This document shows, piece by piece, positions 42,280 to 51,096 of a DNA stretch of 64,000 nucleotides. Position 1 is the first letter of the stretch; the number at the start of each line of letters is the position of its first letter. Source of the DNA: Camelus dromedarius (Eukaryota). The notes under the pieces are model-generated. The model was not told where the DNA came from and searched no databases. It saw nothing but the letters and a program-made list of their open reading frames with translations. Position numbers and translations under genes: made by a program. The stretch is taken from positions 91,266,001-91,330,000 of the forward strand of contig NC_087472.1 in NCBI RefSeq assembly GCF_036321535.1, written 5' to 3'.

Positions 42280-43320
42280 CCCTGGCTGCAGGCGGGCCGC
42301 TCTTGCACGGATGCTCGGTGAGTTCTAGCACCCTTTGGAGGAGGAGTCCCCCCTATTAGCTGACCCGGTTCTACCATCAAGGCCAGGGCTTCTCAGATCA
42401 GACGCGGGGGGTCGCGTTTCCCCAGGCCCGGGCGGGGCAGCTCCAGCGTGGCAGGTCCTGCTCCGGGGCCCTTGGCTTCCTTCTTTTGCCTGGGGGCCAG
42501 CGCTCGAGACTATGGGAAGAACAGGATGAGGACACAACCCACAATCCCAGGGCTGCCGCCCTGTCTCAGCACCTCCTCAAACATCACCCCGGGCTCACCA
42601 AAAACCGCGTCGAGCTGGTGCCCTGGTCCACTGCTCCCACCAACGGCCCCAAAACAGCTTTCTTCGAGGCTGCCATGAAACCAGCTTCGGGTAGGCAGAT
42701 GATCGCGGCCCGTTTCCCAGGTGACGGTGGCGGGTGAGTGATGGGCGGGCGAGAAGCCGAGAGGGCCAAGCGGTGACCGGCTGTAGGACTCTGGGACCGT
42801 GCTGCAGGCGGCCCCTTTACCGGCGAGGAGCCTTCTCACCCCGCCCCTCCGGCCCCGGCCCCGCCTCCACCCCCACCCGCGTTCCCCACGACTCCAGGGG
42901 CGGGGCGGGGGGGGGCGCTGTCTGCCTGGCCGGCCAATTAGCGAACGCGGAAAGAGAAAGAAGCTTCAGACAATCTAAGGATAGCAATACGTCACGGGGG
43001 AGGGGCCTGGGCGCGGCGGAGGCGGTGGCCCGCGCGGCAGGTCACGTGGGCCCGGCGACCCGGTGGCGGAGCCGGCCTGCCGCAGGGCCTGGGGCGGAGG
43101 CTGGTCTTGCCCTTTGGCAGGGAGTAGCACTGGCCCGAAGAAAGGGCACAACACCCCCCCCAACCCCGCGCCCTGGGGCTTCCGCTGGCTGATGGGTCCC
43201 AAAGTGCAAAAGTGCCTGTTCCTCTGGTGGGCTGTGCAGAGCGCTTGTTACTCACTCTTTGGACAGACCCTGCCGGGCCTTCCCGCGCTTCCTACGCCCG
43301 CCTACTTCCTCGTTCTTCGT
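42280..43320. promoter_or_regulatory. CpG island / GK promoter
   Basis: Dense CpG and high GC around exon 1; GC boxes near 42840-42910; CCAAT at 42934-42938; CRE-like TACGTCAC at 42988-42995; E-box GTCACGTG at 43041-43048. Confidence 0.9.
42599..42676 (-). CDS. GK: Glycerol kinase coding exon 1 ([26 protein letters not shown])
   Basis: ATG at 42676-42674; translation contains the FGGY kinase DQGTSSTR motif; 78 nt followed by a GTGAGC donor; lies in a CpG island. Confidence 0.98.
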
Positions 43321-44878
43321 CCAAGATAGAATAATCCCCTCTACGTAGGGACTGACCCTATGTAGTGTCATGTTTAGGAACAGGACTAACCATTCACCTT
43401 CGGAGGCTTTTCAGGACCAAGGAACGCGGAAGTTCTTTTGATAGCATATAAGGGAAACATTCAAAATAAACCTTCCCAGGTCATGAACTGATTATCCGGG
43501 AAGAAGTGCACCAGGCAACTCCCTGTCCTGATGCGCCCTTTTTCCTAGCTTGACCTCACTCTGGTGCCCCCTCCCTCACACGCCATTTCCTCTCTCTCTA
43601 TTAACTGTTCTGGACGGCAAAAGGAGATAAAAGGGGCCTTTTAATTTGACCTTAAATTTACCTTGCCAGTAGTCTTTTGGATCCTAGGTTCCAGGGAGTT
43701 TCAAACTGCAACAAGACCCACTGTGGGAAATAGTTTATAAAACAACCCCGGGCATTTCTGTGCTCTTGGGCTCGTGCATTTATTTGTAATTTATATAGCT
43801 GCATATATATACATTTTACATATTTTACGTATATTAAAAATATTTCTGAAACAATGTTTATCCTCCCATGCTATGAATTCTGTATTTTTCTATTCTATTG
43901 CATATCAGTTTTTAAAAACGCTGGTTAAAAATCAGTAAATTGATTTTGTAAACCAGAATGCTCCATCAATTTCAAAAGCATTGTATTATTCCCACTCTCA
44001 CATTTTTTTCACTCCATTTTCCTAATCTCCCAGTGTTCTGGAACAACGTTTCTATTTTTTCTCCATCTTGTCTTACTCCACACCACCTCACTTATTCATC
44101 TCTGTGTTTACATTTTTACCACTCTTGCTCTGGAAGCAGATTTTCCTATAGTTTGTCTAGAAATCAAATTCTAGTGTTCCAGATGAGGCCTACTTATGGA
44201 GATGCTGGACTTGGTAACTAGTGATAAACTGGCTTGCTTTAGGAGTGCAGAGGAATCCATATTTCTGAATTTCCTGGAAAAGACAGACAGGCATACAGGC
44301 AAATGTAAAGAAACTAGGCTAATTTGTCCCTGATCACGCTGAAAAACATTAGTTGAATGATAAATAAGGATTTCCTTACTCTAACAGGCAGTAAAAAGAA
44401 AGCAACCAAACCTACCACACTGATCCATTAAAAAAAAAAAATCCCTGACCGTGTTTGAACTTTCACACATTTTAACTCTCAGATTCTAACAGGACAGCAA
44501 ATTATTGTTCACCAGTATCATGTGATCAGAATTCAGTCATTTCAGAATAAGTAGGGCTGGATGTACAAGCAAGATTCTGAAATGTATTGATCCTGTGTTT
44601 CCCACAGTAGTTTGTGTTCCACATCCTCATTCCTTTCCCTAAAACAAAACATATACCATTGAGGAAAAGTGACTTATGCATGTCTCCTCCTGGATGGAAT
44701 CTGAACTTTGACCCCCTTCTAGTCTTAACACAGGCATCCAGAACTTCTACCCAATGTTCCAGAAACTCAAGATACTTCATGGACCCATACTCTAAAGTAA
44801 CTCATGATTCCTTAAAGACAAATATCTCCTTTCTTGCATTGGGTCAGTTGTAATTCTTGAACAACCTGTGGCTTTTGC

Positions 44879-45331
44879 TGTGAAGGAAAAACCTTGCTGG
44901 TCTAACAAGACAACTCACAGGTCTAGGAATGTGAAGGAGAGGCTGGGCTGGGCTAACAAGTCTAAGTATTGGAATACTGATCTGAGTTCTGCTAGACTAA
45001 CTTGTAAATCTAGGTTAATTAGTGTTGGTTTGCTGTTTATGTGTTTTTGCTAGCCAGCTGGATTTTCAAAGATACATATCTGGCTTTGGAATGTTGGTTT
45101 GCTGCCTCCCCACCTCCACTTTTGTGATGATAATGCTGCTAAAGCTGTTCCATGCCTATTGGCCGAATACCCCAAGCTTGTACTTTACCCTATAAAACCT
45201 CATGTGCACGTCTTGAAGGTGCTCAGAGCTTCGGAGCAGAAGCCCCTCTGAGCCCGCCAGCGTAATACATCTGAGTACTCCAACCCTCCGAGTGGTGCTT
45301 GTTTCTTGACTGGCCTGTCGTTTCCGTAACA
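44879..45331 (+). repeat. 5' LTR (453 bp)
   Basis: TGTGAAGG...GTAACA; TATAAAA at 45191; inverted CCAAT at 45158; AATACA variant polyA hexamer at 45264; near-identical to 49710-50161. Confidence 0.96.
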
Positions 45332-45335
45332 TTTC

Positions 45336-45353
45336 TGGAGGCCCCAGCGAGAT
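45336..45353 (+). promoter_or_regulatory. Primer-binding site, tRNA-Thr type
   Basis: TGGAGGCCCCAGCGAGAT starts 4 nt after the LTR and is complementary to the recalled 3' end of tRNA-Thr (...TCTCGCTGGGGCCTCCA). Confidence 0.85.
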
Positions 45354-45759
45354 ACAACCACGCCGGCCCCTTGAGCCACTGGACTGGTGGCTCCAGCCGA
45401 CCGGGGGACGGGATTCCGGCAGCGAACGAGGTGGCGCCGCCCGACGGTATTTCGGGTTCTCTTTCGTGACGGCAACTCGGCCCCCAGGTGGCTGGGCTAC
45501 AACCAGATCCAGACTCCATGGAGGGACGGACAGACTCACCAGGTAGCCGTCCGGACAAGGTAGGAACCCCCGGGAAGTATCAGGTCCTGTCCCATTGGAC
45601 AGAAGAGGAGGCTGATCCCCTCCTACAGGCTCTCCGTCTGATGGTATTTCAGACGGGGAAATCAGGTCAGATATCAGGTCCTATCCTAGTGTACAGAAGA
45701 GGAGGCGGATCCCCTCCTACAGGAAACAGGATATTGGTATTGGTGGGAAGAATGTTGTT

Positions 45760-45762
<3 letters not shown>

Positions 45763-45805
<43 letters not shown>
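45763..45805. repeat. (GT)21 microsatellite in the proviral leader
   Basis: Perfect GT run. Confidence 0.95.
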
Positions 45806-45809
<4 letters not shown>

Positions 45810-47276
45810 AGCGGCCTGTGAAGCATGCGATCAGGCTCGAGTTTGTAGCTCCACGGCATTCTGCTACGGAGTTCGAGTGAGTCCCAACCTGCGGTTCCGT
45901 GGTGACCTCATACAGCTCAGGGCGGTATCGGTCCCTCAGGGTCCCGATCAGAGTCAGCGGCTTATACTGACCCGCCAAAGCTAAGAGGCACCTTCGTCCC
46001 TGCGAGGGGAGCGGCCAGGCGGACACAACGAAAACCCTCCCTTGTCTTGTCTGAGACACCGGCACAGGGTGGCTACACTGGGAGGGAAAAGGACATAGAC
46101 AGCCAATGAGTCATCGCCCCTGTGCCCTCGGAGGCTAGGATGCTATTTCTTTGAAAAAGTCTCCTACCTGATTCTGTCACAGAACACCCGAGACTTAGTG
46201 TTCCCCTACAGAACAGACCCAAGTAGTGCCCCTTTTGCCTAGCCCCAGACCCCCAGGACTCGAGTTTAGAAGACGAATTCCTTCAGGACCGGGCTTACCT
46301 GGCCTTGGAGGTCCCTTTTCTAGTCCATTTGTTTTACCATCTGTCGTCAGTCCCATGCCCCTGATACGTTAGTTCAGGATATAGAGAGGATTTAATGAAG
46401 AAAGTCCCTGGAACTGCTTGAGGCCTTGAGCTCCAGAGACATCAGCTGTGACTGGAACCCAGACTCCCTGACCAAATTAGCCTTCAAACAACTCATAGAC
46501 CCAGCAAGAGAGCAGTCTCTCTGGGAACTCTGGTGTTTTGAGGAGTGAGGAAAGAAAAGATATAAAGGCTACCTTCCCAAACATCTAAAAAGAATGGGAG
46601 GCTCTAAGTCGAAACCCACCACTCTAGACTGCATGATTAAGAATTTCAAAAAGGGGTTCCCAGGAAACTATGGAATTCGAATGACCCCTGGCAGGCTCCG
46701 CACTTTGTGTGAGCTTGAATGGCCGGCCTTTGGAGTCGTGTGGCCCTCAGGAGGAACTCTGGACCTAGCAACAGTGTGAGCACTCTATCAAATAATCAGT
46801 GGAACCCCAGGCCACCCAGATCAATTCCCTTACATTGACTCCTGGCTGAATATCGCCCAGACTCTACCCCTATGGATTCGGTTCTGCTCAAATGGACCTG
46901 GACAATGCAAGACATTAGCAGCCCAGCAATCCAGGCCAAAAAGACAGACAGAAAAAAGCCTGTTTTCCAGGGAGCCGCAGTAGACAGATATGCCTACCCC
47001 CTCCGTATGCCCTCGGGGCACCAACACCTCCCCAGCCTGAGGACCCAGAGGCAGAGCCCAGCCCCCAGCCTGAGCCGTAGAAAGGAAAATCTGCTCAGCA
47101 CAAGCTGTGAAGCCAGCAGCACAGGCCCTCCAATTGCCGCTGCGGGAGACACAAGGGCCGCAGCAAGCTGGGGAAGATGGGACTGTTCAGCCTGGGCACC
47201 CCGTACTCTGCTACCAACCTTTTAGCACCACAGCCCTTCTCAATTGGCGCCATCATACTCCTTCCTACTCTGAAAA

Positions 47277-47281
47277 GCCGC

Positions 47282-47353
<72 letters not shown>

Positions 47354-47586
47354 GCAACAGCCCTGGCACCCCCTCCCCCGCAGCTCCGGCACCGCCTCCA
47401 CCTCAGCCGCCGCTGCCTCCATGGCAACTGTCAGGGAACACCGGCCCCTGCCCAGTCCCGAAGCGATGCTGGGACAGCCTTGGGTCTCTGTTGCAAAGTC
47501 ATGCAAATATTTGGTCTCTGTCCAGCCCACGATGATTTCTACTTGGTGGTATATGACCACTGTAATCAGGCTGTCAAGCCGCAGGC
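47277..47586 (+). pseudogene. ATXN7: Captured ataxin-7 mRNA fragment inside gag
   Basis: One frame reads AA-Q23-RQQP...ASTSAAAASMATVREHRPLPSPEAMLGQPW. After an internal deletion another frame reads [35 protein letters not shown]. These match the recalled human ATXN7 peptides ASTSAAAMATVGERRPLPSPEVMLGQSW and [35 protein letters not shown]. Confidence 0.92.
47283..47351 (+). repeat. (CAG)11 CAA (CAG)11 trinucleotide repeat
   Basis: Counted directly; 23 Gln codons in the ATXN7 frame. Confidence 0.97.
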
Positions 47587-48434
47587 TATGATTGACCTCG
47601 TAGAGTCTATCTTCCATTCTCACCGGCCCACCTGGGAAGATGTCCACCAGCTGCTTCTGACTCTTCAATACAGAGAGGAGACGCATTCTCACTAAAGCAC
47701 GAAAATGGCTGCAGGGCCGAGCCCCTGGGGACACAATGGATGTTGAGGGATGGGCCATGACACATGCCCCTGACACCAGACCAGATTGGGACTTTAACAC
47801 CCAAAAAGGAAGAGAAGTGCTGCGTGAGTACCGGGAGGCCATCCTACAAGGGCTAAGAGCGGGAGCCAAGAAGCCAACTAACATGTCTAAAATGACCATG
47901 GTGACCCAGAGGCCAGATGGAACCCCCACTGACTCTCTATGAGAGACTATGTGAAGCATTCCGAGTCTACACTCCTTTTGATCCTGAGGCCCAAGAAAAC
48001 CAGCAGATGGTCAACGCTGCCTTCGTAGCCCAATCATACCCAGATATACGCCGGAAACTAAAAAAAACTGGATGGATTTGCAGGGATGAATGCTACACAG
48101 CTGCTGGAAGTTGCAAACAAAGTTTTTGTAAACTGAGAATGGGAAGCCCAATGAGAAGCAGACCAGCAAATGAAGCAGAAAGCCGCACTCCTTGCAGCAG
48201 CCCTGGGGAAAACAGGCTTCAGCCAGAATCCTGCACCACCCCGGAAGAGGGGACCCCCAACCATGGATGCCCCTGGGCCGAGAGCAGTGCGCATACTGCC
48301 GGGAGGCAGGACACTGGAAGAACGAGTGCCCAAACAGAAAGGATGGAAAGAGAGCACCCCTCAAAAGGCCTACTTATCAGCTGGAGCCACCAGCCAGTAA
48401 TCACATCGGACTGGCTGTGGTCGACTCAGAATAG

Positions 48435-48669
48435 GAGAGACCAGGCTCCCTGCCCCTGGGCCCCGGGGAGTCCAAGGTCAAGATGTTTATAGGGGGCCAA
48501 CCAATGACTTTTATGGTAGACACAGGAGCAGAGTATTCTGTGGTGACCAAACCTGTAGCCCCCTTGACCAAGAAAAAGGCGACTATTATAGGGGCTACTG
48601 GGGACTCAACTGCCCGCCATTTCTGCCAACCACGATCCTGTCAAGTAGGGGGCCATCTAGTGACACATG
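48435..48669 (+). pseudogene. pro: ERV protease, 3'-truncated
   Basis: In frame after the gag TAG (gammaretroviral readthrough layout); FMVDTGAEYSV aspartic protease motif. Confidence 0.92.
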
Positions 48670-48850
48670 CCGTTATTTCATTGTAAGGGACCATATTTAG
48701 TGGTATTAACTACCCCTATAGCTGTTAAAGTTGCAGGAGTCATCCCTTGGATCCACCACTCCAGGGTTAAGAGAGCAACTTCACCTCAGACAGAGGGTCC
48801 CTGGAAAATTGAATGTCCAGGGAGACCCGCTTAAGATCAAGATCAAGAGG
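48670..48850 (+). pseudogene. pol: ERV integrase C-terminal remnant
   Basis: KGPYLVVLTTPIAVKVAGVIPWIHHSRVKRA (GPY/F module) and DPLKIKIKR terminus; RT, RNase H and the IN core are absent. Confidence 0.88.
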
Positions 48851-49204
48851 GACCAGAAAAGGATCCACGAGCCCTGCTCTAGCCACACCCGGAGGCTGGC
48901 TAGTCAACGCACGGCCGAAGCTTGAGGAAAGCTCAACGCAGCTGTTAAATGTATTAATTTTGTGCTCCCTTGCCTCTTTCCTTGTTTGCTATACTAGTCT
49001 GCGTATTAGCAGTGGGGCTAGCTAGCGCCGCCCCACCTGACTGGAACATAGGCCATAGAATCCTGATAGCTATTTTATATCTTGTTATAATTAGTGCCAT
49101 CACTGCAGCATCATGTCTAAGATAATCATAAGGCTGATGTTACTGACGCTTGGCTGTACAATGCACCTGCATACAACCGGGTGACAAGTGGTCCATGTAC
49201 CAAC

Positions 49205-49682
49205 CTGTAGTTTCAGCTTACAGGTGAATTCAGCCACGATCTCCAATGAATAGCAGAAACCCTGGGAGCTCTGCAAAATCAGATTGACTCTCTGGCCGAG
49301 GTGGTCTTACAAAACAGGAGGAGTCTGGACCTACTCACGGCCAAAGAGGGGGGACTATGCCTCTTCCTAAATGAAGAGTGCTGTTTTTATGCCAATCAAT
49401 CAGGAATTGTTAGAGGGATGGTTCAAGAGTTACAAGACCAAGTGAAAAAGAGAAAACATTTTAGATAAGAGTCCATGGACAGGCCCCTGGGGCTGGACCT
49501 CCTGGCTGGCACTGTTCATAGGTCCCTTACTCCTGATTTTTGCAGTTCTGGTATTTGGGTCCTGTGTCCTAAACTTCCTGACCCGCTTTGTCAGTGAGTG
49601 GTTAGAGGCTATAAAACTTCAGATGTTAGCCTCCAATCATGAGCCCCTGCAACAGATAAGTGATGATGCTTACTCCAACTAG
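49205..49682 (+). pseudogene. env: ERV env TM remnant (SU deleted)
   Basis: [44 protein letters not shown] (immunosuppressive domain from 49307, CX6CC at 49358-49384); hydrophobic anchor; TAG at 49680-49682. Confidence 0.92.
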
Positions 49683-49697
49683 AGTTGTGAAAGCATC

Positions 49698-49709
49698 AAG
49701 AGGGGGGAA
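49698..49709 (+). promoter_or_regulatory. Polypurine tract
   Basis: AAGAGGGGGGAA immediately before the TG of the 3' LTR. Confidence 0.9.
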
Positions 49710-50161
49710 TGTGAAGGAAAAACCGGGCTGGTCTAACAAGATAACTCACAGGTCTAGGAATGTGAAGGAGAGGCTGGGCTGGGCTAACAAGTCTAAGTAT
49801 TGGAATACTGATCTGAGTTCTGCTAGACTAACTTGTAAATCTAGGTTAATTAGTGTTGGTTTGCTGTTTATGTGTTTTTGCTAGCCAGCTGGATTTTCAA
49901 AGATACATATCTGGCTTTGGAATGTTGGTTTGCTGCCTCCCCACCTCCACTTTTGTGATGATAATGCTGCTAAAGCTGTTCCATGCCTATTGGCCGAATA
50001 CCCCAAGCTTGTACTTTACCCTATAAAACCTGATGCACACGTCTTGGAGGTGCTCAGAGCTTCGGAGCAGAAGCCCCTCTGAGCCCGCCAGCGTAATACA
50101 TCTGAGTACTCCAACCCTCCGAGTGGTGCTTGTTTCTTGACTGGCCTGTCGTTTCCGTACA
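49710..50161 (+). repeat. 3' LTR (452 bp)
   Basis: Direct repeat of the 5' LTR; by eye 7 substitutions and one 1-nt indel. Confidence 0.96.
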
Positions 50162-50238
50162 TTGCCTTTATAAGCCCCTGACTCTTTCTCTTCCCAGAAC
50201 ACTTTTACCTGAATCTGTGTCTCCTGAATTGTGATTCC

Positions 50239-50384
50239 TTTTTTTTTTTTTCACCTTTTCAACATTTTATTATGAAAAATTTCAAACATACAAAGTCTTT
50301 GAAAAACTTTTACCATGGACACTTACATAATCACTACATAGATTCTACAATTAAAATTTTACTATAGTTGCTTCATCACACATC
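50239..50384 (-). mobile_element. Short polyadenylated retro-insert with old L1M 3'UTR-like sequence
   Basis: T13 tract; minus-strand AATAAA ~14 nt upstream of the tail; flanking TGATTC(C/T)T repeat. Confidence 0.65.
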
Positions 50385-50694
50385 TGATTCTTAAGACCCC
50401 AAAGAAAGCTCTTTGTTTTGCAGCCTTGATACTGATTACTGATGCAAAGGGAGGGATCTTAAATGGAAGAATGGAGCTCAGCCTACCTCAACGCCACACC
50501 CTAAATATTTACTCTGACTCTCAAAAACCTATTTGCTCTTATCTTTTTGGAATTAGTCTCATTTTCCTGCCCTTCATCATCCTTTCAAGCCTCAGCTACA
50601 GCCTGCAAATTCAAATTTATATAAATGTAAAAATCAACCAATATATATCCTGATTCCATTTTTCATACTACCATTGAGAAAAAGTGGGAATAGC

Positions 50695-51096
50695 TGTTGA
50701 TGAAAATGTAATCCATAGTCGAGCTAAGAAAGAGATGGAAGCTTTTATTCCAGCCAACCTGAGGATTATAACCCAGGAGTTGGTCTTTCAGAAAGCTCTG
50801 AGGACTGTTAGAGGACTGTTAGTGGTTAAAGCAGTTATATTAGTTTTTGAGACAAAGGATTATACTTCAGATGACGAAATGACAGTTTACACAGTCCATA
50901 TCTGCATGAAGAAAGGGAGTAATGGTTTCATCCTTTACAAGATTAAGAAGGAATGTTAGCACCTAAGGAGGTCTGGTTGCTGCAGATGCTCAGTACACAC
51001 TAATGGGGAGGGAAGATGCCCAAACTGGCAGAGAATATTTTATGTTTAAAATTTTCTTGTCTTGCCATAAAATATGAATTTTATTCCATCATAACA
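50695..51096 (-). mobile_element. Probable solo LTR
   Basis: TGTTGATG...CATAACA inverted termini; minus-strand AATAAA at 50744-50749; only a degenerate TSD. Confidence 0.5.

Larger units (their letters stand above)
46594..48434 (+). pseudogene. gag: ERV gag, disrupted by stops, frameshifts and a host-derived insertion
   Basis: Myristoylation-type start MGGSKS; matrix peptides LRTLCELEWP and GHPDQFPYIDSW; PPPY late domain at 46997-47008; capsid YQPFSTT...LYERLCEAFR; single CCHC knuckle CAYCREAGHWKNEC; TAG at 48432-48434. Confidence 0.95.
44879..50161 (+). mobile_element. Defective class I (gammaretrovirus-like) endogenous provirus, ~5.3 kb
   Basis: Two TG...CA LTRs; TTGC 4-bp TSD (44875-44878 and 50162-50165); PBS; gag, pro, IN and TM remnants; polypurine tract. 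Confidence 0.97.

Noticed and set aside
42677..42769. Apparent 31-aa N-terminal extension of GK in ORF 42584..42769
   Set aside because: The ORF starts at TTG, not ATG. An open frame in GC-rich 5'UTR is expected, and the conserved start is MAASKK at 42676.
42034..43329. Many overlapping ORFs around the promoter
   Set aside because: CpG-island DNA is poor in stop codons; only GK exon 1 is supported.
47277..47586. Reading the ATXN7 piece as an ordinary L1-made processed pseudogene
   Set aside because: It comes from the 5' part of the mRNA, has no polyA tail, and its ends are explained by homology with gag.
47095..47959. Minus-strand polyAla and polyCys ORFs (110 and 239 aa)
   Set aside because: They are antisense readings of the CAG tract and gag, with no independent coding evidence.
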